Notes under the pieces: generated by a model
What the model was told of the DNA's origin: nothing
Seen by the model: only the letters and a program-made list of their open reading frames with translations
Database searches by the model: none
Made by a program: the position numbers and the translations under genes
Assembly: GCA_963674735.2 (NCBI GenBank)
Contig: CAXXQS010000002.1
Location: forward strand, 2,176,001-2,240,000
Origin: Myxococcota bacterium
GTDB taxonomy: Bacteria; Myxococcota_A; SURF-8
Direction of reading: 5' to 3'
Length of the DNA: 64,000 nucleotides
Shown here: positions 1 through 10,188 of the stretch, piece by piece
Layout of the letters: every line of letters starts with the position of its first letter
How positions within the stretch are numbered: the stretch's first letter is position 1

Positions 1-132
1 GTGCGCCTGACCCATGGTTGGGAAGGCCGTCTGCCGGCCGCGTTGGCCGTGGCCGGATTCGGCGTCGTGATTTTCACTTATCTCGGTGTCAATATCCTCA
101 TTTCCGGCTTGCACAGCTATGCCGCAGGATGA
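1..132 (+). CDS. ccsA: Cytochrome c biogenesis protein CcsA/ResC, C-terminal fragment (5' truncated by window)
   Basis: Manual translation of frame 1: [43 protein letters not shown]; the TYLGVN...GLHSY ending is typical of CcsA/ResC. Confidence 0.85.
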   Translation: MRLTHGWEGRLPAALAVAGFGVVIFTYLGVNILISGLHSYAAG

Positions 133-154
133 GTCGATTTCGCAAGGAGCCGTT

Positions 155-775
155 ATGAATCCGTCATCCGTCCAATTTGTTCTCAGTGCCGCCAGCTCTA
201 CTCAGTTTCCGGAGTTGGACTGGCCCGAGGTGGCCTTCGCCGGACGGTCCAACGTGGGCAAGTCGTCGCTATTAAACATGCTTCTGGGACGACGCAAGCT
301 GGTGAAGGTGTCGAACACACCCGGTCGCACGCGGCTGATCAATTTTTTCTCCGTCAACGAATCCTTTCACATGGTCGATCTGCCGGGTTACGGATTTGCC
401 AAGGCGCCCAAGTCGGTGCGCCGAGACTGGCAACAGCTGATGGTGGATTACCTGCGGAAGCGCGACCAGCTGGCGGCCGTGGTGTTGCTGCTCGATGTGC
501 GGCGTCAACCCAACGCCGAGGATATGGCGGTGCTGGATCTTTTCCGGCAAGCCGAACTGCCCACCATTCTGGCTATTACGAAGGCGGATAAACTGCCTTT
601 ACAGCGGCGCAAAAAGCAGGTAACGTCGATCACGAAAGCCTTGAATTTGGCCCCCGGCGATGTGCATGTCACCTCGGCGCAGACCCGCCAGGGACGGGAG
701 GAACTGTGGAGCGCGTTGGAGTGTTTTCTCGATCTCGAACCCATTGTTCCCGACGATGGTCCATGCGAAACCTGA
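155..775 (+). CDS. engB: Ribosome biogenesis GTP-binding protein YihA/YsxC
   Basis: PEVAFAGRSNVGKSS (G1), TPGRT (G2), DLPGYG (G3), TKADK (G4); start set at ATG 155 after AAGGAG. Confidence 0.95.
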   Translation: MNPSSVQFVLSAASSTQFPELDWPEVAFAGRSNVGKSSLLNMLLGRRKLVKVSNTPGRTRLINFFSVNESFHMVDLPGYGFAKAPKSVRRDWQQLMVDYLRKRDQLAAVVLLLDVRRQPNAEDMAVLDLFRQAELPTILAITKADKLPLQRRKKQVTSITKALNLAPGDVHVTSAQTRQGREELWSALECFLDLEPIVPDDGPCET

Positions 776-1497
776 TCCACCCGATCATGATGGCGCTTCT
801 GGGCTTTTTGTGCTGGGTGGGTGTATCGGCTTCATCGCTGCGGGCCGAAACGCTGCTGGACGAGGTGGTGGGATCGGTTAACTCTGCCGCGATCACGCGC
901 AGCCAGGTGATCTTCGAAACCCGCTTCATTCTGGTCGAAAAAGGCCAGCCCTGGTCGGGGGGCTTGCCCGCCGAACTGCTCGAACGGGTGCTGCAGCGTC
1001 TCATCGGCAAGACGATGATTTATCAGGAAATGGCTCGTACCGGCTATCTGCGTACCGAGGACGAATTGCGTCGCGAGGGCGCGGAGCCGATCGCGGCTTT
1101 CAAGCAAAGCTTCGTTTCCCAGCAGGATTATCAGCGTTTTTTGCGGGCGGTAGGCATGAGCGAGGAAGGTCTTGAAGGTGTCATCCGCCTTAACCTGCGT
1201 ATCGATACCTTCATTCAACGGCGACTGGAAATGCTGGCGCGTGTCACGGACGAGGATGTACTGGCCGAGATCCGCGTTCGTAAGGAAGATGGCCGTCTGG
1301 CGCGCGATGCCGTCGAGAATGATCGGGAGATTCAGCGATTCATTCGCGAGCAACTGGAAAAAAGTCGAAAAGACGAATCTCTGGCCAAGTGGCTGGCGGA
1401 CCTGGAAGCGCGTAATACGGTGAGGGTTTTGCAGCCGTTCACGCGTGACGAACCCCCGGCGGTGTCGGTATTTCCGGACCAAGAGGTAGTCCCATGA
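763..1497 (+). CDS. Exported SurA N-terminal-domain-like protein
   Basis: Signal peptide, then LLDEVVGSVNSAAITRSQV, VLQRLI and C-terminal WLADLEARNTVRV, resembling the SurA core without PPIase domains; overlaps both neighbours. Confidence 0.65.
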   Translation: MRNLIHPIMMALLGFLCWVGVSASSLRAETLLDEVVGSVNSAAITRSQVIFETRFILVEKGQPWSGGLPAELLERVLQRLIGKTMIYQEMARTGYLRTEDELRREGAEPIAAFKQSFVSQQDYQRFLRAVGMSEEGLEGVIRLNLRIDTFIQRRLEMLARVTDEDVLAEIRVRKEDGRLARDAVENDREIQRFIREQLEKSRKDESLAKWLADLEARNTVRVLQPFTRDEPPAVSVFPDQEVVP

Positions 1498-1970
1498 GCG
1501 CCGTTCGCTTGGAGGAATCACGTTTCGAGATCGACGACATGACGCTCGACGATCTCGACGAAGTGCTCGATATCGAACGTGAGCGTTTTCGAGCGCCCTG
1601 GACGCCCGATTTGTTTATTACCGAATTCGCCAACCCGCGTTCATGGCGCTTCGTCGTCAAAGACCGTGAAAGCGGACGGGTGGCGGGCTATCTGATTTAC
1701 TGGATGGTGTTGGATGAGGCGCATCTGATGAATGTCGCCACCGCTCCCGCTTTCGCCCGTCAGGGTGCGGGACGTTGCATGATCGATCATCTAATCGGGG
1801 AATGCCGGGCGCGCAAGGCGGTTCGTATCACCCTGGAAGTGCGCAAGAGCAACATCGCCGCCATCAATCTCTACGCGAGCTACGGCTTCGAGGGAGTGGG
1901 GCTGCGCAAGAACTATTATGTGGAAGAAAAAGAGGATGCGATCCTGATGGAGTTGAAACTCAATGGCTGA
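1494..1970 (+). CDS. rimI: Ribosomal protein S18 alanine N-acetyltransferase
   Basis: DEAHLMNVA, RQGAG, TLEVRKSN.AAINLY...GF, RKNYY...EDAILM. Confidence 0.92.
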   Translation: MSAVRLEESRFEIDDMTLDDLDEVLDIERERFRAPWTPDLFITEFANPRSWRFVVKDRESGRVAGYLIYWMVLDEAHLMNVATAPAFARQGAGRCMIDHLIGECRARKAVRITLEVRKSNIAAINLYASYGFEGVGLRKNYYVEEKEDAILMELKLNG

Positions 1971-2796
1971 AAAAGTGAGAACCCGCATACTCGCGCGCCG
2001 CCTTACCGGTGGCGACTATTACCTGTTGACGCTGGGAAACCCCATCGCCGCTGCGGTCCGGCCCGGACAGTTTGTCATGGTCGGGTTGGCGGATGCGGCC
2101 GATCCCTTTCTAAAACGTCCCTATTCGATTTATCGTAGCTTGCCGCCCTCGACCGAACGTCCCGAAGGCGAACTGGTGTTGCTGATCAAACGTGTGGGCA
2201 AGGGCAGCGCCCAAACCGCTTCCGTTCCGGTAGGCACCGCCATCGACATCATCGGTCCGCTGGGACAGCCGTTCGCGATTCCGGAGGGCTCGACCTCGGC
2301 TTTGTTCGTTGCCGGTGGTGTGGGAGTGGCACCTTTCATCGAACTGGCCGCCACTCTGGCCGGGAAGGGCATGCATATCCAGGCGCTTATCGGAGGACGC
2401 TCGGAGGTGGATTTGCAGGGGATTGGGGCGCTGGAAGAGCTGGGAGTAACGGTTCGATGCGCCACCGAAGACGGCAGTGCGGGAACGTCGGGGCGGGTGA
2501 CGACGCTGCTGGAAGATGCCATCGAAGCCGGGTTGCCCGAAGGCACTCAACTGTATGTCTGTGGACCCGATGCCATGATGAAGGCGGTCGGTGCCATCGC
2601 CCAACGAGCCGGACTGCCTTGTCAGCTCTCACTGGAGGCGGTGATGGGGTGCGGTTTCGGCGTGTGTCTGGGCTGCGTGGTGAAGGACAACCACGGCGAG
2701 TTCGTACGCGTTTGCAAGGAAGGTCCGGTGATTCCGGCCGACCGTTTGCAAGATTACGGTTTCGGTGACATCGGGGACGGGGAGGTGGCGAAATGA
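1963..2796 (+). CDS. pyrK: Dihydroorotate dehydrogenase electron transfer subunit
   Basis: PGQFVM, RPYS, GPLG, AGGVGVAP, CGP, EAVMGCGFGVCLGC...RVCKEGPV (2Fe-2S); directly upstream of pyrD. Confidence 0.93.
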   Translation: MAEKVRTRILARRLTGGDYYLLTLGNPIAAAVRPGQFVMVGLADAADPFLKRPYSIYRSLPPSTERPEGELVLLIKRVGKGSAQTASVPVGTAIDIIGPLGQPFAIPEGSTSALFVAGGVGVAPFIELAATLAGKGMHIQALIGGRSEVDLQGIGALEELGVTVRCATEDGSAGTSGRVTTLLEDAIEAGLPEGTQLYVCGPDAMMKAVGAIAQRAGLPCQLSLEAVMGCGFGVCLGCVVKDNHGEFVRVCKEGPVIPADRLQDYGFGDIGDGEVAK

Positions 2797-3743
2797 ACGG
2801 CGCACAGGGTCATGCCACGGCGGCCTCTCCCACTCTGGGTGTTACGATCTGCGGGGTCGACTTCAAAAACCCCGTGATTGCCGCTTCGGGCACCTTCGGC
2901 TACGGCGAGGATATGATCGACTTCTTCGATCCCGGCTTGTTAGGCGGTATCGCGACCAAGGGCATCAGCCTCAAACCCAAAGCCGGTAATCCCACGCCGC
3001 GTATCTGGGAGACGGCTTCGGGCATGCTCAATGCCATCGGTCTCAACAACGTCGGGCTGGATGTCTTTCTTGAAAAGAAACTGCCGTTTCTGCGGTCGTT
3101 GTCCGATACGGCCTGTATCGTCAACTTTTACGGCCACACGGTGGAGGAATATGCCGAGCTGGCCGGGCGGCTGGGCGAGGTGGAGGGTGTTGATTTTCTG
3201 GAGATGAACATTTCCTGTCCCAACGTCAAAGAGGGCGGGATCGTTTTCGGCACCGATCCCAAGCTTATGGCAACCGTTGTCTCCGCCGCCAAAAAACGCT
3301 GCCGCGTCCCGCTGATCGTCAAACTATCGCCCAATGTCACCGATATCGCATTGATGGCGAAAACGGCGGTGGACGCCGGGGCGGATGCCCTTTCATTGGT
3401 GAACACTTTCACTGGGATGGCCGTGGATATCCGCAGGCGTCGCCCGATACTGGCCAATGGCGTGGGCGGCTTGTCCGGACCGGCCATCAAGCCTTTGGCC
3501 CTGCGCATGACCCACGCCGTTTGTCAGGCCGTGGCGGTGCCGGTGATCGGCATGGGCGGCATCATGAACGCCCGCGACGCTCTCGAATTCATGCTGGTAG
3601 GGGCTACGGCAGTCCAGGTGGGGACGGCGAGTTTCGTCAATCCCACCGCCATGCCCGACATGCTGACCGAGATGGGCGCGTTGCTGGCTGAACAGGGTGT
3701 CGATAACCTGTGCGACTGGATCGGAACGCTGCAGACTCCCTGA
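2793..3743 (+). CDS. pyrD: Dihydroorotate dehydrogenase class 1B catalytic subunit
   Basis: KNPVIAASGTFG, GNPTPR, NISCPNV, VKLSPNV, GGLSGPAIKP, VQVGTA. Confidence 0.96.
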   Translation: MNGAQGHATAASPTLGVTICGVDFKNPVIAASGTFGYGEDMIDFFDPGLLGGIATKGISLKPKAGNPTPRIWETASGMLNAIGLNNVGLDVFLEKKLPFLRSLSDTACIVNFYGHTVEEYAELAGRLGEVEGVDFLEMNISCPNVKEGGIVFGTDPKLMATVVSAAKKRCRVPLIVKLSPNVTDIALMAKTAVDAGADALSLVNTFTGMAVDIRRRRPILANGVGGLSGPAIKPLALRMTHAVCQAVAVPVIGMGGIMNARDALEFMLVGATAVQVGTASFVNPTAMPDMLTEMGALLAEQGVDNLCDWIGTLQTP

Positions 3744-3871
3744 TCCGTTCGACGAAGCCTCGGTCTCACCTTTTCTTCAAGTGGCCCCCGGCAACGGACT
3801 TTTGCTCGGGAATTCCTAGCAATTCCATCTATTTGCTTTGGTCAAAAAACGTCGATTACCGGCTAAAAGCG

Positions 3872-3900
3872 TTGACGAACATACCGGAGTTCCGTATTAT
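3872..3900 (+). promoter_or_regulatory. Sigma70-type promoter of the acid phosphatase gene
   Basis: TTGACG-N17-TATTAT; AAGGAG SD before ATG 3947. Confidence 0.7.
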
Positions 3901-3946
3901 TAGCCCAAGGTTAGATGTGTGTTCGCCTGCCGTAAGGAGTTCGTCT

Positions 3947-5707
3947 ATGTTCGTTCCCTTCGTTTCAAAGAAATGGAGTTTCGCCGTTGCCGCCACCCTT
4001 TTGGTGATGATGGTTTCCGTGGCTCAGGCGGCCAATCCGGCCTTGTGGCTGACCTTCGGTGCCGACCCGCGCCACGATATGGTGGTGTCTTTCTCCAGTG
4101 AAACACGCTGGGATAGCGCGGCGGTTGAATATGGTCTGACGTCGGAACTGGGGCAGTCGGTGGGACTGGTGGCCGTCGAGGACATGGGCGGTAACGTCGG
4201 TTTCGTGCATCACGCGCAATTAACGGGTCTTCAAGCCGACCGGACCTACTATTATCGCATCAACTATGGCGGTGGCGGCTTCAGTGAACCGGCTAGCTTC
4301 GTGACTGCCCCCGACGATCCGTGTACGCCTTTTACCTTCACGGCTATGGGCGACAACCGTTCGCAGGGGGCCGGTGCGGCCAACCGATACGGCGAGCTGC
4401 TTCAGGATGCCGTGAACCAGGGATCGCAGTTCATGATCAACAGCGGCGATCTGGTCAAGGACGGTAGCGTCATCGATGAGTGGGGGATTTATCTGGCCCA
4501 ACTCACCAAGGCCGGGCGCTATGTGCCGGTGCTTCCGGAGATAGGCAATCATGACGATGGTCCGGGAGAAGGCAACCTGCAGCACATTACGCGGATTTTT
4601 CGGACACCCGGCAACAACGCGACCGGCAACCGCAGCTACTACTCCTTCGAGTACGGCAACGCGTTTTTCGGCGTAGTTACCAACAACGACGGCGATGCCG
4701 CCACCCAGGCGGCTTGGCTCGATGCCAGGCTGGCCGAAACCGATGCCATCTGGAAATTCGTGTTCATTCATCAGCCTTTCCTTACCTGTCCGGCGCTGGG
4801 AATCGGCCACGAAGCTGATGAAAGTGGGGTGGGACAATATTATTACCCGGTTTTCAATCGTCACCATGTGGATGCGGTTTTTACTGGGCACAACCACTAC
4901 TACGAATTATTCAGGCCCTTCGACGGCGAAAATTTCCACGACGATCCGAGTTTGGGAACCGTACATGTCACCACCGGTGGTGCGGCCTTGGGTGAAGCGC
5001 TGGTCATGCTCAACGAGGTGGGTTTGATCTGCGATGGCCGTTTGCAGGGCCGTGCGCGGGCGCATTTTGTCAATGTGCGTATCGAAGGCGAAACCCTCAC
5101 GCTGGAGTACTGGGATGAAGGCGGGCGTTTCGGCGGCGAACTGAGCGGACCGGAGCAGCACTTTACCATTACCAAAAATACCGGCCTTGATTGTTCTCCC
5201 GTGGATGGCGATACGCCTACCGATGGCGATACGCCCACCGATGGCGATACGCCCACCGATGGCGATACGCCCACCGATGGCGATACGCCCACCGACGGCG
5301 ATACGCCCACCGACGGTGACACGCCCACTGATGGTGATATTCCCACCGACGGCGACAAACCCGCCGACGGCGACACGCCTACTGACGGCGATCAGCTCTG
5401 CCCGCCGGGGCGTTTGGAATGTGTGGGGTCGGTGGTGATGAAATGTGACGATGAAGGTATGGGCTGGGCGCAGTATCAGGATTGTGGCGATGCCGAATGC
5501 CGCGACGGTCGTTGCGTGGATTCACCTATCGAAGATGGCGATATTCCTAGCGACGGCGATACGCCGGATGGTGACGACGCTCCGGCCGGACCCTCGGCGC
5601 AGTCCGATGAGGCCGTTTCCGATGGATGTCGCCATAGTGCCGGTTTGTCGCTTTGGGGCTTTCTGCTTCTGGCGGGGTGGGTCGCTTTTCGTCGGCGACG
5701 CGCCTGA
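3947..5707 (+). CDS. Exported purple acid phosphatase-family metallophosphoesterase with DGD-repeat stalk, 6-Cys module and MYXO-CTERM-like anchor
   Basis: Signal peptide, FN3-like N domain ([18 protein letters not shown]), motifs GD, SGDLV, GNHD, FIHQP, GHNHYYE; C-terminal GCRH + hydrophobic helix + RRRR. Confidence 0.88.
   Translation: MFVPFVSKKWSFAVAATLLVMMVSVAQAANPALWLTFGADPRHDMVVSFSSETRWDSAAVEYGLTSELGQSVGLVAVEDMGGNVGFVHHAQLTGLQADRTYYYRINYGGGGFSEPASFVTAPDDPCTPFTFTAMGDNRSQGAGAANRYGELLQDAVNQGSQFMINSGDLVKDGSVIDEWGIYLAQLTKAGRYVPVLPEIGNHDDGPGEGNLQHITRIFRTPGNNATGNRSYYSFEYGNAFFGVVTNNDGDAATQAAWLDARLAETDAIWKFVFIHQPFLTCPALGIGHEADESGVGQYYYPVFNRHHVDAVFTGHNHYYELFRPFDGENFHDDPSLGTVHVTTGGAALGEALVMLNEVGLICDGRLQGRARAHFVNVRIEGETLTLEYWDEGGRFGGELSGPEQHFTITKNTGLDCSPVDGDTPTDGDTPTDGDTPTDGDTPTDGDTPTDGDTPTDGDTPTDGDIPTDGDKPADGDTPTDGDQLCPPGRLECVGSVVMKCDDEGMGWAQYQDCGDAECRDGRCVDSPIEDGDIPSDGDTPDGDDAPAGPSAQSDEAVSDGCRHSAGLSLWGFLLLAGWVAFRRRRA
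5204..5392 (+). repeat. 18-bp coding tandem repeat (DGDTPT) x ~10.5
   Basis: Unit GATGGCGATACGCCCACC repeated, degenerating 3' ([12 protein letters not shown]). Confidence 0.97.
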
Positions 5708-5739
5708 GACTGGCTGCTTACAATATTCAGATTCGATAA

Positions 5740-5768
5740 CCGGACGGCGCAACCGCCCGGTTTTTTTT
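5740..5768 (+). terminator. Intrinsic terminator of the phosphatase gene
   Basis: CCGGACGG-CGCAA-CCGCCCGG hairpin followed by T8. Confidence 0.75.
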
Positions 5769-5770
5769 AT

Positions 5771-5801
5771 AAAAAAAAACCGCCGGCAAAAGCGCGGCGG
5801 T
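5771..5801 (-). terminator. Intrinsic terminator of the convergent 55-aa gene
   Basis: ACCGCCG...CGGCGGT hairpin with A9 on its left (U tract on the minus strand). Confidence 0.75.
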
Positions 5802-5850
5802 ATGGGTGTGGGTCAACACGGAGACTCTAGTCAAAGAAAAGAGATTTCGA

Positions 5851-6018
5851 TCAGTTGTTGTGCGGGTTTTCGCTTTCGTTCACGCACTGCCCCAACTCTT
5901 CGCTCGTAGGATTGTCGGGGTCTTTGACCGCGCCGATGGGGCAGACGTAGGTGTTGCCGGATTGGCGGTCTTCGATCCAGATCATGGGACTCGCGGCTCT
6001 GTAAGTGTTTTTGGACAT
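5851..6018 (-). CDS. Small hypothetical protein (55 aa, two Cys)
   Basis: MSKNTYRAASPMIWIEDRQSGNTYVCPIGAVKDPDNPTSEELGQCVNESENPHNN; AAGGAAA SD, own terminator, GC-ending codons. Confidence 0.75.
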   Translation of the reverse strand: MSKNTYRAASPMIWIEDRQSGNTYVCPIGAVKDPDNPTSEELGQCVNESENPHNN

Positions 6019-6218
6019 GATGTATTTCCTTTGTTGATATGTTTTCACTATTTTCACTGGGATCGTTTATTCGATCCGTGCTGTTCGTTAATATAGACGG
6101 GATGTAAACTGGATTCATTCCAAATATACAGGCCGAAGTTGCAAATATCTGTTAAAAAACGCGGAGCGAATGAGAACTTTTCGGAAATTGTTACAAAAAC
6201 GATGTGATACAGGGATTG

Positions 6219-6248
6219 AAAAAAACGCCCCGCGTTGAGGCGGAGCGT
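6219..6248 (-). terminator. Intrinsic terminator after trxB
   Basis: Minus strand ACGCTCCGC-CTCAAC-GCGGGGCGT followed by a T run. Confidence 0.7.
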
Positions 6249-6276
6249 AGTTGACTGTAAATAGATGTGCCGGGAA

Positions 6277-7215
6277 TCAGTCGTTCAGACCAGCCAGATA
6301 GTGTTCGGCGTCCAGGGCCGACATGCAGCCCGATCCGGCGGCGGTGATGGCTTGGCGATAATGAGGATCTTGCACATCGCCACAGGCAAAGACACCCGGG
6401 ATGTTGGTTTTGCTGGTGCCCGGCTCGACGACGATATAGCCCTTGGCGTCCAGTTCAAGCTGACCTTTGAAGATTTCGGTATTGGGAGTGTGGCCGATAC
6501 CCAGGAAAAAGCCTTCGGCTTTCAGTTCGTTTTCTTCACCCGTAACGGTGTTTTTCAAGCGTGCCCCGGTCATGCCGGTGTTATCGCCCAGGACTTCGAC
6601 CGGTACGGCGTTCCAGATCACGTCGATTTTGGGGTTTTCGAGGGTGCGTTTCTGCATGATTTTGCTGGCACGGAATTCGTCGCGACGATGGACGATGTAA
6701 ACCTTGTTGGCAAATTTGGTGAGGTGGTCGGCCTCTTCCATGGCCGAATCGCCGCCGCCCACCACGATAACGTCCCGGTTACGGTAAAAAGGGCCGTCGC
6801 AGGTAGCGCAGGCGCTGACGCCCATTCCCATAAACGCCTGTTCGCTTTCAAGTCCCAGGTAGCGCGCACTGGCGCCGGTGGAGACGATTACGCTATCGGC
6901 GGTATAGGCTTCACCGTTGGACCACAGCTTGAAAGGCCGGGTGGAGAAATCGACTTTGTCAACCTGGGCCGACACGACCTGTGTGCCGAAACGCATGGCC
7001 TGGCGTTTGAACACCTCCATCATTTCGGGACCCATGACGCCGTTTTCAAAACCGGGGAAATTTTCGACCTCGTTGGTGGTGGTGAGCTGTCCACCCGGCT
7101 GCAGACCCTCGAACAAAATCGGTTCAAGGTCGGCTCGGGCGGTATATATCGCGGCAGTGTAGCCCGCCGGACCAGAGCCGATAATGGCAACTTTTGCGTG
7201 TTTGATATCCGACAT
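6277..7215 (-). CDS. trxB: Thioredoxin-disulfide reductase
   Basis: IIGSGPAGYTAAIY, GGQL, VENFPGF, SACATCDG, VVGGGDSAMEEA, GDVQD..YRQAITAAGSG. Confidence 0.97.
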   Translation of the reverse strand: MSDIKHAKVAIIGSGPAGYTAAIYTARADLEPILFEGLQPGGQLTTTNEVENFPGFENGVMGPEMMEVFKRQAMRFGTQVVSAQVDKVDFSTRPFKLWSNGEAYTADSVIVSTGASARYLGLESEQAFMGMGVSACATCDGPFYRNRDVIVVGGGDSAMEEADHLTKFANKVYIVHRRDEFRASKIMQKRTLENPKIDVIWNAVPVEVLGDNTGMTGARLKNTVTGEENELKAEGFFLGIGHTPNTEIFKGQLELDAKGYIVVEPGTSKTNIPGVFACGDVQDPHYRQAITAAGSGCMSALDAEHYLAGLND

Positions 7216-7335
7216 GGTCACTCCTTTGGAAAGAAGGTTATGGCTGTTTCCCTACAAACACTAAGGCCCTTTTCATTAAAAGCAAGCGTTTGGCCCGAAT
7301 TAGTTTTTCCTAAGTCCCCAGTGATATGAAAATAC

Positions 7336-8793
7336 TTATTTTTTCCAGAATTCAGGGACAAACAGAAGTAATACCGTATAGACTTCGAGTCGCCCGAGCA
7401 GCATGCAGAAAATCAGCACCCATTTCACAATGGGTTGTAATCCCGCAAAATTGTCCATCGGTCCCACAGTGCCGAGGCCGGGGCCGATATTGTTTAGGCA
7501 GGCCGCCACGGCCGATAGCGATGTGGTGAAGTCGTGACCGAAAAGGGCCATCACGACGGTGGCGAACAGGAACAGCATGACATACAGCACGAAAAACCCG
7601 ATTACCGCGTCGAGCACCGTTTCAGGCACCACCTTGCGGTTTATTTTAATGTGTTTGACCGCACGCGGGTGGATCAGGCGAAACATTTCGCGGTAGCCGT
7701 GTTTGACGAGCAACCATAGACGGATTACTTTCATTCCGCCGCCCGTGGAGCCCGCCATACCGCCAACGAACATCAGCATGAACAGAAGCAGGGGCGCCAG
7801 CGGAGCCGAGAGACTCCAAGCCTCGAAATCGGCCGAATTAAAGCCGGTGGTGGTCATGATGCTGACGACTTGGAAGGAGGCATAACGCAGGGCGGTCCAC
7901 AGGGAGTCGTAGGTGCCCGAAAAGCGCAGCAAAATCGCCATGCCAAGCGTGGCGATGAGGAGCAGCAGCGCATAAACACGGAACTCGCCGTCTTGAATAT
8001 AAGACTTCCATTTGCCGGTCAAGGTGAGGTAATGCAAAGAGAAATTGACACCTGCCAGGAACATGAACAGGGTGGTGACGCTTTCAAGGTAGACCGAATG
8101 CATGGACACGAAGCTGTCTGCCTGAGTTCCGAAGCCGCCGGTGGCCAGAGTGGTGAAGGAGTGGCAAATGGCATCGAAGCCCCCCATACCGCCCAGCATC
8201 AAGAGAACGGCTTGGCTGACGGTGATCAGCACGTAGACTTTCCATAAGAGCCAAGCGGTATCACGCACACGCGGCTGCAGTTTGTCGGTGGTGGGGCCGG
8301 GGACTTCCGCCTTGAACATCTGCATGCCGCCGACTCCGAGTAGCGGCAAAATAGCCAGCGATAACACGATGATACCCATACCGCCGAACCACTGGATGAT
8401 GCTGCGCCAGAACAGGGTGGCGCGCGGTGTGGCGGCGATGTCGGTGAGGACGGTCGATCCGGTGGTGGTGAAGCCGCTGACTGCTTCGAAATAGGCGTCG
8501 GTGAAACCGTGAAAATAACCGCCGAACCAGAAGGGCAGGGCGGCGAACAAACAGGCGCTGGCCCAGGCCAACGTGACGACGAGGAAGCCGTCGCGATGCG
8601 ACAGGTCGCTGTAGGTTTTTCGGGTGATGAGATAGGCCGAGGTGTTGACGCCCAGGGTGACGGCCAAGGCCAGGGCGAAAGCGTTGACGTCGGAGGCGCC
8701 GTCGAACAACGCGATACCCAGCGGCAAGAACATGGCTGCGCCCAAAATGGCATTCAAGGCGCTCAGCAATTTGATGATGAGTTTCCAGCGCAT
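7336..8793 (-). CDS. trkH: Trk potassium uptake membrane subunit
   Basis: FEAVSGFTTTG, QWFGGMGII, ATGGF, TTTGF, GSTGGG, NIGPG, LGRLE. Confidence 0.96.
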   Translation of the reverse strand: MRWKLIIKLLSALNAILGAAMFLPLGIALFDGASDVNAFALALAVTLGVNTSAYLITRKTYSDLSHRDGFLVVTLAWASACLFAALPFWFGGYFHGFTDAYFEAVSGFTTTGSTVLTDIAATPRATLFWRSIIQWFGGMGIIVLSLAILPLLGVGGMQMFKAEVPGPTTDKLQPRVRDTAWLLWKVYVLITVSQAVLLMLGGMGGFDAICHSFTTLATGGFGTQADSFVSMHSVYLESVTTLFMFLAGVNFSLHYLTLTGKWKSYIQDGEFRVYALLLLIATLGMAILLRFSGTYDSLWTALRYASFQVVSIMTTTGFNSADFEAWSLSAPLAPLLLFMLMFVGGMAGSTGGGMKVIRLWLLVKHGYREMFRLIHPRAVKHIKINRKVVPETVLDAVIGFFVLYVMLFLFATVVMALFGHDFTTSLSAVAACLNNIGPGLGTVGPMDNFAGLQPIVKWVLIFCMLLGRLEVYTVLLLFVPEFWKK

Positions 8794-8799
8794 GACGAT

Positions 8800-10158
8800 C
8801 TAGAAATATTCCAGCTTGACAGCGAAAAGTTGTTCCACTTTGGCGATGGCGTTCAACTCCACGAACATGATCACCCGGTCGCCGGGTTGGATCACGGTTT
8901 CACCGCTTGGAATGATCACCTCTTCGTCGTGGACCACCGCCATGACCAATGCGCCTCGCGGAAACTTGATTTTCATCAAGGGCCGTCCGACCGCATCGGA
9001 GGTTTCCATGGCCACGAATTCGATGCCTTCGGCGCTCGTTTCGCGGATGGCTTCCACCGCCATGACACGTCCCTGGCGCAAGAACTGCAAAATCCGGCTG
9101 ACGGCGGCTAGTTGTGGCGAAACGGCGGCATCGATACCCATACTTGCCACGAGGGCGGTGTAATCGAGTCGATTGTGTAGAGTCATGGCGTAGCGCACGC
9201 CCAGCGAACGCGCCAGGAGTGAAGTAAGGATGTTGTCTTCCGAATCTTTTGAAGTCGCGATAAACACATCCATCTGTGCAATGTTTTCCTGAATCAACAG
9301 CTCGCTATCCATTCCCTCGCCTTGCAAGACCGTGGTGCGTGTGAGTTGATCGGCCAGAACCGTACAACGTGCCTCATTGGGCTCGATCAACTTGACATCG
9401 ATGCCGCGACGTTCGAGTTTGCGCGCCAAGGCCAAGCCGGTGTTACTGCCGCCGAAGATCATCACGCGTTCGACCTGCCGGGATTTTTTGCCTACCAGAC
9501 GCAGCAAATAAGGCATGTGTTCGGGGGTTGCGGTGAAATAAACGATATCACCGGCTTTCAGCGTATCTGCCCCGCGTGGAATGATAACGTCGTGCCCACG
9601 ATAAATCGCGGCCACCAGGGGCGTGTAATTGGGGACCAGCTTACCCAGACCGAACAGCTTCTGATTGTCGAGCAAGGATTGCGGCTCGACGCGGAAGGCC
9701 GCCAGCATCACTTTTCCGTTGGCGAAATGCACCAGGTCGAGAGCCTGAGGCACTTCGATCAGGCGCATGAATTTTTCGGCGGCTTCATACTCGGGGTTGA
9801 TGAAAAGATCGAACTGCAGATCCTCGAAAACTTCGGGATTGCGCAGGTAGGATGGATTGCGCACGCGCGCGACTTTGATGGAACTGGGGCTGAAGTGTCG
9901 AGCGACCATACAGGCCACCAGGTTGACTTCGTCCTGGTCGGATACGGCGATCACCATGCCCGCCTGGCTGATTCCGGCTTGTTGCAAAATGTCGGGCGAC
10001 GACCCCGAACCCACGATGAACTGGGCGTCGAGTTGTTCCTCGATCTGTGAAATCCGTTCGGGGTTGGCGTCGATGATAATGACGTCTTTGTTTTCGTGGC
10101 AGAGTTTTTCGGCGATATGGTAGCCGATTTCGCCCGCCCCGATGATGATGACTTTCAT
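8800..10158 (-). CDS. trkA: Trk potassium uptake NAD-binding subunit
   Basis: MKVIIIGAGEIG, two RCK_N/RCK_C pairs, 452 aa, adjacent to trkH. Confidence 0.96.
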   Translation of the reverse strand: MKVIIIGAGEIGYHIAEKLCHENKDVIIIDANPERISQIEEQLDAQFIVGSGSSPDILQQAGISQAGMVIAVSDQDEVNLVACMVARHFSPSSIKVARVRNPSYLRNPEVFEDLQFDLFINPEYEAAEKFMRLIEVPQALDLVHFANGKVMLAAFRVEPQSLLDNQKLFGLGKLVPNYTPLVAAIYRGHDVIIPRGADTLKAGDIVYFTATPEHMPYLLRLVGKKSRQVERVMIFGGSNTGLALARKLERRGIDVKLIEPNEARCTVLADQLTRTTVLQGEGMDSELLIQENIAQMDVFIATSKDSEDNILTSLLARSLGVRYAMTLHNRLDYTALVASMGIDAAVSPQLAAVSRILQFLRQGRVMAVEAIRETSAEGIEFVAMETSDAVGRPLMKIKFPRGALVMAVVHDEEVIIPSGETVIQPGDRVIMFVELNAIAKVEQLFAVKLEYF

Positions 10159-10188
10159 AAGCTACTGCCTTTCGCCGATGGATTCCGA

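Noticed and set aside
3710-3946. N-terminal extensions in the ORF track (also coaD to 14238, rhaB to 37303, 41398 ORF to 42102, 59407 ORF to 60126)
   Set aside because: They cross promoters or neighbouring genes; SD sites and family N-termini support the shorter starts
5204-5392. Tandem repeat as a CRISPR array
   Set aside because: No unique spacers; it is an in-frame coding repeat, and there are no cas genes
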